DNA from: Eledone cirrhosa
Taxonomy: Eukaryota
Reading direction: 5' to 3'
Length of the DNA stretch: 64,000 nt
NCBI GenBank assembly: GCA_964016885.1
Contig: OZ024751.1
Location: forward strand, 3,782,001-3,846,000
In this document: positions 39,637 to 49,600 of the stretch, in pieces
How positions within the stretch are numbered: the first letter of the stretch is position 1
Layout: each line of letters begins with the position of its first letter
The notes under the pieces: generated by a model
What the model was told of the DNA's origin: nothing
Databases searched by the model: none
The model's input: only the letters and a program-made list of their open reading frames with translations
Made by a program: the position numbers and the translations under genes

Positions 39637-42600
39637 AGTTTAGCGAGGTTTTTTATATGAAATCGTGTGTCGAAACAGATATTGTTATATTTGGGGAGGG
39701 TCATATTTGCGTAATATTGCCAGAATTAATAACAGAACACACTGACTGTTTGGTTGGTTTTCGCTTCTCGCTGTCTTTTATATCTGCGATCTAACTTAAT
39801 CGGTCCTCAATGTTGCCATTGACTGACCGGCGGTCAAGAATAATACAGATACAATATAGACACAAACACATATATATAGTTTACATAATTTACATAAATC
39901 TTTCGTTGCACATCTGCAACATCGTCAGTGGTGTTATATTCATTGTTCCTCCTGTTGTGTTGTATGTCTACGCCATTTTTTATTCAGTCTGTCTATATAT
40001 TTATTTATTTGTTTGCTTGTTTGTTTATCTTATTTTATTTTGTCTTCTTTGCGCATGCGTTTGCGTGTGTGTATAGTGTTATGTGTGATGTGTGACTAGT
40101 GTGTATAGTGTTGTGTCTGCTGGGTGACTAGTGTGTGTTTATGTGCTTGTTGTTATTGTGCTTGTGTATGTATTTATTTATCTTATTTTATTTTATTTTA
40201 TTTACTTATTTATACTTCTCTTAGGTCAGTGTTGTTTGTTTGGGTGTTGTTGTTGTTCCACTCATTCTTTCTGTTTAGCTTTGGTCTTCTAATTTCTATT
40301 GCACTGGCCTCTCTGATTTGCCTATCTGCTGGGTCATTCCTATGTTTAGATATTATTCTAATTTCTATGTTGTCTATGTTACCGTCATGTTGTTGTCTAG
40401 CATATTCGTATAGTACTGAACCGTTTTTTCGTCCTTTTAGTTCCCCCCAGTGTTGGTCTATCCTTTCACCTATGCTACGAGCTGTCTCACCTATGTATGT
40501 TGTTGTCATGTTTCTGCAAGTACCATCTGTACATCTTATGCTATAGACTACGTTTCTAGTTTTACAGTTTATCCGGGGTTCACCTTACATATGATACATT
40601 TCCTATTGGTACAGTGGGTTTTCTTAAAAGGGTAGGTTTTGCTGATCAGGGATTTTATGGTGGTTCCTGGCTTTTCTACCACCTTTATTTTTAAGTGGGT
40701 CTTTCTCAGGGCCTTTCTACACTGGCTAGCTAATTTCCCTCCAGGGGTGGCGTCCACAAACATGACACTCTGATATCTCTGGTTGTCGTACCAAGATGTG
40801 GCCTTCCCTATCTTATGTCTAGCCCTATCTAAGCTATTCCATGATTTGCTCCTGTATAGTGGGCAAATTCCTTTCATGTCCAGTTCTATGAGGGTCTTAT
40901 ACTTTTCCATGGCTCCTTCGTATACTCTGACTCTGTCTCTTTGGTTGTAGCCAGAGAACTGCATGCGGTTGATGAAGTGTTGGATGTGTCCTTCCATTTC
41001 TGTTGGGTCGCACATGCTGGACACATTCTTCATCACTCGTACCAAATCTGCGATCAGAATATTAAACTTAGCACTACTGGACATTGCTGAGTTTTTGAGT
41101 ATCAGGTATTTGGAGGCCATGGGTTTAGCATAGTGTGAGTGGAGAATTTGGGCTCTCTCGTCTATAGTGTTAATCCAGAGTTCTGTGTCTAATACAGGTA
41201 GTCTATTGTTAGGGTGTTTGGAAGGGAAGTCGATAGTTACAGTTATACTCTGGTGTATGGAATTAGCTATCTGCTGGATGCTTTCCATCGTGCTACGTTC
41301 TAAATCAAACTTGTTAGTGCTCTCTAGTGGGGGTGTTCTTATAACTATATTGATATCGTCTACATACCGAGAGTACATGATGAGGTCTATGGAGCTTTCA
41401 TTAAGGAGATCTTTAAGTCTCCTTTCCCACCATACCATGAAAAGGTTGGCAACATCACCAGCTATGCTGACGCCGATGGCTGCTCCCTCATTTTGGGTGT
41501 AGATTTTCTCATTGAACTTAAATATGTGGCCCTTTAGGGTAGTTTTGATACTAGCCCCTATTGCATGTGCGACCATTTTTCTTACCTGATCAGTGTTTTG
41601 GGGGGTCCGTATAGCTTTGGTCCACCCAATCCACCTTCCTATGGGAGTCTTTTTAGCCATTGAGGTTATGGTGGGGGGTCTACCTCTTATAGGTCTACTA
41701 GGGCAGAAACATCTAAGGTCATGGCTGTCTAGGTAGTCAGTGTCGTAGGTAAGTCTAAGTAGGAGGCCCAGTTCGTCTGTGTCGACGTCGCAGAACTCTA
41801 CCTCACTCTCAATGATCATCTCCACACATCTTTTCACAGCAAAATCAATGTTAATGGATGGGTACAGTGACACCACATCCATGCTGCCTATTATGCAGTT
41901 GGATAGGCTCCTGTTTTTGTTGCACTCACTGATTCTGCTGAGGAGGTCCTCTGTACTTTCACATACATATGGGGACATCTTGATTATGGGGCGTATAACC
42001 ATTGAGAGGAAGTAGGAGATCCTGTAGTTGCTAGCTATATTAGCTCCGCATACGGGTCTTGTTGGTGGTCCTGTTGTCGGGTCGTCGACTGTCTTGTGGT
42101 CTTTGCGGAGCCCATACAAGGGTGGTATGCCATTGTTAGACGCCTGGAAGTTGTTGGCAGTGCGTCTGCTTGGCTTTAGGATGTCAGTCCACATCATCAT
42201 GTGAGCGTTGGGGATTTTTTCTCTCCCATCGTGTGTTAGTTGTGCAACTTCGCTTGTGTTGGTGATGTGGGGTTGCATTGCCTCGATGTAGTTCGGCATG
42301 CTATCTATTGACATCCTACCAGACTTATCTGTGGGTAGACACACTACCTCACCATCCCTTGTGCGCTGCTTGAGGCTAACGAAGCCTTCTACAGGTTTTC
42401 TCCCAAGTTGTTGGGCCTCTGGTCTGCTCTGTCTCATAGTGTACCTGTCTACTACTTGTCTAATCTTATTTCTAGCTATGGTGAACTGTGCCTCCGTCTC
42501 GTTATCTATTTGCTGTGGTATGCAAACTCTTTTATTAAAGGGTAACCTCGTAGGATAGATATTACCCATCTTATATGTTTTGTCAGCTGGGTTGAAAAAT

Positions 42601-43866
42601 AGTTTCTCTAAGGGGTTGTCGTTATTTCTATCGTCATAGTTGTGTGTGTTGCTATTATTGTTATCATGGTGGTTGTTGTTGTTTCTATCATTAGCATTAT
42701 TATTATTGTTATGATTGCTAGATGTATTGTTGTTTACTTCACCGTTATTGTTGTTGTTGTTACTGTTATTTCTACCATTGTGGTTGTTACTATTATTATG
42801 TTTCTTGTTTTAGGGAAATTAGCTAACCAGTGTAGAAAGGCCCTGAGAAAGACCCACTTAAAAATAAAGGTGGTAGAAAAGCCAGGAACCACCATAAAAT
42901 CCCTGATCAGCAAAACCTACCCTTTTAAGAAAACCCACTGTACCAATAGGAAATGTATCATATGTAAGGTGAACCCCCGGATAAACTGTAAAACTAGAAA
43001 CGTAGTCTATAGCATAAAATGTACAGAGGGTACTTGCAGAAACATGACAACAACATACATAGGTGAGACAGCTCGTAGCATAGGTGAAAGGATAGACCAA
43101 CACTGGGGGGAACTAAAAGGACGAAAAAACGGTTCAGTACTATACGAACATGCTAGACAACAACATGACGGTAACATAGACAACATAGAAATTAGAATAA
43201 TATCTAAACATAGGAATGACCCAGCAGATAGGCAAATCAGAGAGGCCAGTGCAATAGAAATTAGAAGACCAAAGCTAAACAGAAAGAATGAGTGGAACAA
43301 CAACAACACCCAAACAAACAACACTGACCTAAGAGAAGTATAAATAAGTAAATAAAATAAAATAAAATAAGATAAATAAATACATACACAAGCACAATAA
43401 CAACAAGCACATAAACACACACTAGTCACCCAGCAGACACAACACTATACACACTAGTCACACATCACACATAACACTATACACACACGCAAACGCATGC
43501 GCAAAGAAGACAAAATAAAATAAGATAAACAAACAAGCAAACAAATAAATAAATATATAGACAGACTGAATAAAAAATGGCGTAGACATACAACACAACA
43601 GGAGGAACAATGAATATAACACCACTGACGATGTTGCAGATGTGCAACGAAAGATTTATGTAAATTATGTAAACTATATATATGTGTTTGTGTCTATATT
43701 GTATCTGTATTATTCTTGACCGCCGGTCAGTCAATGGCAACATTGAGGACCGATTAAGTTAGATCGCAGATATAAAAGACAGCGAGAAGCGAAAACCAAC
43801 CAAACAGTCAGTGTGTTCTGTTATTAATTCTGGCAATATTACGCAAATATGACCCTCCCCAAATAT

Positions 43867-43872
<6 letters not shown>
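39637..43872. mobile_element. PLE inverted insertion 2: minus arm 39637-42811, plus arm 42812-43872
   Basis: Same family as 35972-39146; the longer arm contains most of the RT; flanked by (TA)n. Confidence 0.95.
40569..42569 (-). CDS. PLE reverse transcriptase; frame stays open upstream to the junction (~42810, Asn-rich); a 1-nt deletion at ~40573 separates the EN (40210-40570)
   Basis: PTDKSG, LYGLRKDHK, PTRPV, GSMDVVSLYPSI, QNEGAAIG, RYVDD, LPVLD. Confidence 0.9.
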   Translation of the reverse strand: MGNIYPTRLPFNKRVCIPQQIDNETEAQFTIARNKIRQVVDRYTMRQSRPEAQQLGRKPVEGFVSLKQRTRDGEVVCLPTDKSGRMSIDSMPNYIEAMQPHITNTSEVAQLTHDGREKIPNAHMMMWTDILKPSRRTANNFQASNNGIPPLYGLRKDHKTVDDPTTGPPTRPVCGANIASNYRISYFLSMVIRPIIKMSPYVCESTEDLLSRISECNKNRSLSNCIIGSMDVVSLYPSINIDFAVKRCVEMIIESEVEFCDVDTDELGLLLRLTYDTDYLDSHDLRCFCPSRPIRGRPPTITSMAKKTPIGRWIGWTKAIRTPQNTDQVRKMVAHAIGASIKTTLKGHIFKFNEKIYTQNEGAAIGVSIAGDVANLFMVWWERRLKDLLNESSIDLIMYSRYVDDINIVIRTPPLESTNKFDLERSTMESIQQIANSIHQSITVTIDFPSKHPNNRLPVLDTELWINTIDERAQILHSHYAKPMASKYLILKNSAMSSSAKFNILIADLVRVMKNVSSMCDPTEMEGHIQHFINRMQFSGYNQRDRVRVYEGAMEKYKTLIELDMKGICPLYRSKSWNSLDRARHKIGKATSWYDNQRYQSVMFVDATPGGKLASQCRKALRKTHLKIKVVEKPGTTIKSLISKTYPFKKTHCTNRKCIICKVNPG

Positions 43873-43919
<47 letters not shown>

Positions 43920-43979
43920 ATCAAAAGATGGTTAAAAAATGGATGTGAGAAAAATCACAGATCCTCCATCTCAACTCTA

Positions 43980-44015
43980 CTTTTGAAAAGCAGAAGAACT
44001 GCGAAACCGGTAAAG
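43980..44015 (+). ncRNA. Minimal hammerhead with U3-A8 core variant
   Basis: ctt TTGAAAA gcag aagaa ctgc GAAA ccgg TA aag. Confidence 0.7.
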
Positions 44016-44309
44016 GAACCAAATAAATATATATATTTTTTTTTAAAATAAGACTCCAGTTGCATTTTCGATTTCATCTTTTTTCCTTTATACTTTCACT
44101 CGTGTAGGACACCTCGGTTATTTTTCATTTTGTAAAAAAAACCTCACTTTCTAATATATATACACACAGGCCTTCCAGTTTCATTTCACATTATATATAT
44201 ATATATGTCTGTGTATATTTTAATTATCTAAAAATTATTTCTAAGTGAACAGGACTTTTTAAAAATATTTTGAAGTGAACGTGACTCAATAAGTCACGGG
44301 TGGTCTAGT

Positions 44310-44747
44310 ATTCACTTCAAAATGTGTTTTTTTTAATAATTAAAATATCGTCTGTTTAAAGAAAGCTGAAATATAGATACTTAAAGTACAAACAACTTGT
44401 AATTTTGTCATAGTCACTGACAAATCACTGAAAAAAGATTTTTTAATGTATTTTTGAAATATTTTTGAATAATGAAAATATTGTCTATGTCCGATTTACG
44501 CCAAACTTGTTTTATTCCGTTTGTATTCCCAATTCAGGGTTATTTTACTTTCGGAGTATTTTTTCATTATGCACCGTTTTGGCTATTTATGAAGGTACCC
44601 GGAAAAATCCCATATCCCGGGAACACGTACTTCGATTTACGCGAAACTTGTATTTGTATTCCTATTTCAGAGTCAACTTCCTTTCAAAATATTTTCCCAT
44701 TATGCGCCCTTTTGGCAAGCAATCACAAAGTTTTAATATTAGATAGA
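44310..44747 (-). mobile_element. 5' portion of another Helitron of the same family
   Basis: Minus strand A|TCTATCTAATATTAAAACTTTGTGATTGCTTGCCAAAAGGGCGCATAATGGG, homologous to the starts at 27169 and 34097. Confidence 0.8.
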
Positions 44748-45099
44748 TATATTTCTTTATTTGCCACAGGGGTACAAAAGATGGGGACAAATACAAATAC
44801 AAATACAAATACAAAGTGGGGGGAGAGAGAGAGAGAGATAATCTGTGTGTGTGTGTATGACTTGTGGCGGAACAAGGACAAAGGGATGAACTGAATAATG
44901 TGAGGGGGCGGTCAGTAAAATACTAAGGTACCGTGTATGGAGGGAGGGTCTGCTTTAGTGTGTCTGTGCGTGTCTGTGTCACTCTATGTGGGTTAGGTGA
45001 GTGCATGTGTGTGTGGGGGAGGGGTATTTTATGCGTCTGTATTGTGTGTTTCTCTCCCCCACCCCCCTCTCTCTCTCTCTCTCTTTATATATATATATA

Positions 45100-45782
45100 C
45101 ATATATGTACATATATACAGCATCTCTCCACACATCTGACGGAACTACCTCGGGACCTTACCCACGAACATATACTCACACATTTTTTTCGCACCACACC
45201 ACCCACATCCACACCACATATAAACACAAACACACACACGTGCGTACCCCCACATATACACAAACTCCGGAATCCACACGCCACCTCCCCCACCCTCTGA
45301 CCCTTCTCCTTCCCCACGCACGCACACACCGACTTACACCCCACCCCACGCACACTCCTTTTCCTGCACATGGAACCTCCTTCTTCCTCAAACTCTCACA
45401 TACACACGCACGCACACTCACGTACACCTACACACATACACAAACACCACCTTCAGCCTTCCTCACGTCGAACCCCGCCTCCCTCTCCCAACTCCACCCG
45501 CCACCACCCTTACACGCCTCACACCCTTCCACCACTTGTCCATCTTACTGTTTATTCTTATGTTTATTGTTACGTTTATTTTATTTTTATTTGTTCTCCT
45601 TCCCCCTTTTTTCCAATTGTATTTCCACACACCCTCTGAACTCTCTACCTAACCTATTTACTCCTGAAGAAGAGCTTATGCTCGAAACGTCCCCCCCCAC
45701 GCACACACACTCTCAAAAGCGTGAACCTAATAAACCTTTATTTGTCTGCCTCTCTATTTTGTTCCCGTATAAATTTGCACTA
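45100..45782 (+). mobile_element. CA-rich pLTR-like segment with minimal hammerhead core at 45661-45691 and AATAAA at ~45729
   Basis: ctc CTGAAGA a gagc ttat gctc GAAA cg TC; the stem I partner is missing; ends at (TA)n. Confidence 0.6.
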
Positions 45783-45799
45783 TATATATATATATATGC

Positions 45800-46075
45800 A
45801 GAGGTTATATTAATTTGTTGGGATACAACAAGCTTAAAAATATTTTTATAACTGATATAAAGCACTCAACAGTATTTATACAATATATTAACAAATGGAA
45901 ACTATATTTATAAAACCATATTTATTTATTATACATATTTCAAGGGTCACCAAGGCAAATTATGGTGCACTTTCATCAGATAAAATACAATACAGATTAG
46001 TTTTATAAATAAATATTGACATACCCTGAAAAAGGCAACCTTAACGGTTGGAGCTTCCTGGATTATATACATATG

Positions 46076-46167
<92 letters not shown>

Positions 46168-46512
46168 ATATATATATATATATACAATGATTTTAAATAA
46201 ATGGAAACTATATTTATAAAACGATATTTATTTTATTATATATATTTCAAAGGCAACCAAGATAACATTGGTGCGCTTTCATCAGATGAAATACAAAGTT
46301 TGTTTTATAAATAGATAAATGATGAAAGCGTACCAATGTTGTCTTGATTGCCCTTGAAATATATATAATAAAATAAATATGATTTTATAAAAATAGTTTC
46401 CATTTATTTAATATCATTGAATATTTACTCCCGTAAATTGTTGAGTGCTCTAAATCAGTTATAAACATTTATGTTTGTCGGACTTCCAACAAATTAAATA
46501 CAACTTCTACTT
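45800..46512. mobile_element. Tandem plus inverted short hammerhead-bearing repeats: HHR at 45925-45984 (-), 46229-46293 (-), truncated 46320-46375 (+)
   Basis: tttat CTGATGA aagtgcacca..tggtgaccctt GAAA tatgta TA ataaa and related copies; same family as 10495-10700. Confidence 0.85.
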
Positions 46513-46689
46513 ATATATATATATATGTCTCTGTGTACATCTGTCGTATCCATCCAATATAACGGACAACAAGATTGATAAAAACCGGAGAGAAAACTGT
46601 TGCGATCTTCCTTAAAATAGCACCAACTACTGGACTTATATACTGTATTGTAAGGGGATAGTGTTTATAATGATGATGGTAGTGGTGAT

Positions 46690-49600
46690 GTAGGTGTGGT
46701 GGTAGTGGTGGTGGATTGTGTGGTGGTGGTGGTCAGTGGGTGCGGTGGTAGTGGTGGTGGATAGTGTGGTGGTGGTGGTGTGGGTGTGGTGGCAATGGTG
46801 GTGGTGGTGAGTGGGTGTGGTGGTAGCGGTGGTGGATTGTGTGGTAGTGGTGAGTGGGTGTGGTGGTAGTGGTGGTGGATTGTGTGGTGGTGGTGAGTGG
46901 GTGTGGCGGTAGTGGTGGTGGATTGTGTGGTGGTGGTGAGCGGGTGTGGTGGTAGTGGTGGTGGATTGTGTGGTAGAGGTGAGTGGGTGTGGTGGTAGTG
47001 GTGGTGGATTGTGTGGTAGAGGTGAGTGGGTGTGGTGGTAGTGGTGGTGGATTGTGTGGTAGTGGTGAGCGGGTGTGGTGGTAGTGGTGGTGGATTGTGT
47101 GGTAGAGGTGAGTGGGTGTGGTGGTAGTGGTGGTGGATTGTGTGGTGGTGGTGAGCGGGTGTGGTGGTAGTGGTGGTGGATTGTGTGGTAGAGGTGAGTG
47201 GGTGTGGTGGTAGTGGTGGTGGATTGTGTGGTGGTGGTGAGTGGGTGTGGTGGTAGTGGTGGTGGATTGTGTGGTAGAGGTGAGTGGGTGTGGTGGTAGT
47301 GGTGGTGGATTGTGTGGTGGTGGTGAGTGGGTGTGGTGGTAGTGGTGGTGGATTGTGTGGTAGAGGTGAGTGGGTGTGGCGGTAGTGGTGGTGGATTGTG
47401 TGGTGGTGGTGAGCGGGTGTGGTGGTAGTGGTGGTGGATTGTGTGGTAGAGGTGAGTGGGTGTGGTGGTAGTGGTGGTGGATTGTGTGGTGGTGGTGAGT
47501 GGGTGTGGTGGTAGTGGTGGTGGATTGTGTGGTAGAGGTGAGTGGGTGTGGTGGTAGCGGTGGTGGATTGTGTGGTAGAGGTGAGTGGGTGTGGTGGTAG
47601 TGGTGGTGGATTGTGTGGTAGAGGTGAGTGGGTGTGGTGGTAGCGGTGGTGGATTGTGTGGTAGAGGTGAGTGGGTGTGGTGGTAGTGGTGGTGGATTGT
47701 GTGGTAGAGGTGAGTGGGTGTGGTGGTAGTGGTGGTGGATTGTGTGGTAGAGGTGAGTGGGTGTGGTGGTAGCGGTGGTGGATTGTGTGGTGGTGGTGAG
47801 TGGGTGTGGTGGTAGTGGTGGTGGATGGTGTGGTAGAGGTGAGTGGGTGTGGTGGTAGCGGTGGTGGATTGTGTGGTGGTGGTGAGTGGGTGTGGTGGTA
47901 GTGGTGGTGGATTGTGTGGTGGTGGTGAGTGGGTGTGGTGGTAGTGGTGGTGGATGGTGTGGTAGTGGTGAGTGGGTGTGTTGGTAGTGGTGGTGGATTG
48001 TGTGGTGGTGGTGAGTGGGTGTGGTGGTAGTGGTGGTGGATGGTGTGGTAGTGGTGAGTGGGTGTGGTGGTAGCGGTGGTGGATTGTGTGGTGGTGGTGA
48101 GTGGGTGTGGTGGTAGTGGTGGTGGATTGTGTGGTAGTGGTGAGTGGGTGTGGTGGTAGTGGTGGTGGATGGTGTGGTAGTGGTGAGTGGGTGTGGTGGT
48201 AGCGGTGGTGGATTGTGTGGTGGTGGTGAGTTGGTGTGATGGTAGTGGTGGTGGATTGTGTGGTGGTGGTGAGTGGGTGTGGTGGTAGTGGTGGTGGATT
48301 GTGTGGTGGTGGTGAGTGGGTGTGGTGGTAGTGGTGGTGGATGGTGTGGTAGTGGTGAGTGGGTGTGGTGGTAGTGGTGGTGGATTGTGTGGTAGTGGTG
48401 AGTGGGTGTGGTGGTAGTGGTGGTGGATGGTGTGGTAGTGGTGAGTGGGTGTGGTGGTAGCGGTGGTGGATTGTGTGGTGGTGGTGAGTTGGTGTGATGG
48501 TAGTGGTGGTGGATGGTGTGGTAGTGGTGAGTGGGTGTGGTGGTAGTGGTGGTGGATTGTGTGGTGGTGGTGAGTGGGTGTGGTGGTAGCGGTGGTGGAT
48601 TGTGTGGTGGTGGTGAGTGGGTGTGGTGGTAGTGGTGGTGGATTGTGTGGTGGTGGTGAGTGGGTGTGGTGGTAGTGGTGGTGGATGGTGTGGTAGTGGT
48701 GAGTGGGTGTGGTGGTAGTGGTGGTGGATTGTGTGGTGGTGGTGGTGAGTGGGTCTGGTGGTAGCGGTGGTGGATTGTGTGGTAGAGGTGAGTGGGTGTG
48801 GTGGTAGCGGTGGTGGATTGTGTGGTAGAGGTGAGTGGGTGTGGTGGTAGCGGTGGTGGATTGTGTGGTAGAGGTGAGTGGGTGTGGTGGTAGCGGTGGT
48901 GGATTGTGTGGTGGTGGTGAGTGGGTGTGGTGGTAGTGGTGGTGGATGGTGTGGTAGTGGTGAGTGGGTGTGGTGGTAGTGGTGGTGGATTGTGTGGTGG
49001 TGGTGGTGAGTGGGTCTGGTGGTAGTGGTGGTGGATTGTGTGGTGGTGGTGAGTGGGTGTGGTGGTAGTGGATTGTGTGGTGGTGGTGAGTGGGAGTGGT
49101 GGTAGTGGATTGTGTGGTAGAGGTGAGTGGGTGTGGTGGTAGCGGTGGTGGATTGTGTGGTAGAGGTGAGTGGGTGTGGTGGTAGTGGTGGTGGATTGTG
49201 TGGTAGAGGTGAGTGGGTGTGGTGGTAGCGGTGGTGGATTGTGTGGTAGAGGTGAGTGGGTGTGGTGGTAGCGGTGGTGGATTGTGTGGTAGAGGTGAGT
49301 GGGTGTGGTGGTAGCGGTGGTGGATTGTGTGGTGGTGGTGAGTGGGTGTGGTGGTAGTGGTGGTGGATTGTGTGGTGGTGGTGAGTGGGTGTGGTGGTAG
49401 TGGATTGTGTGGTGGTGGTGAGTGGGAGTGGTGGTGGTGGTGGTGGATTGTGTGGTGGTGGTGAGTGGGTGTGGTGGTAATGGTGGTGGATTGTGTGGTG
49501 GTGGTGAGTGGGTGTGGTGGTAGTGGATTGTGTGGTGGTGGTGAGTGGGAGTGGTGGTGGTGGTGGTGGATTGTGTGGTGGTGGTGGTGAGCGGGTGTGG

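Larger units (their letters stand above)
34097..44308 (+). mobile_element. Non-autonomous Helitron of the same family, split by nested insertions (pieces 34097-34740, ~35890-35970, ~44160-44308)
   Basis: 5' tatactactaaaactctgtgattgc; subterminal sequence resumes after the insertions; 3' hairpin cgtgactcaataagtcacg plus ggtggtCTAG|T. Confidence 0.7.

Noticed and set aside
40569-42569. Telomerase, retron or group II intron RT
   Set aside because: C-terminal GIY-YIG domain, multiple dispersed copies and inverted pLTR structure identify it as a Penelope-like element.
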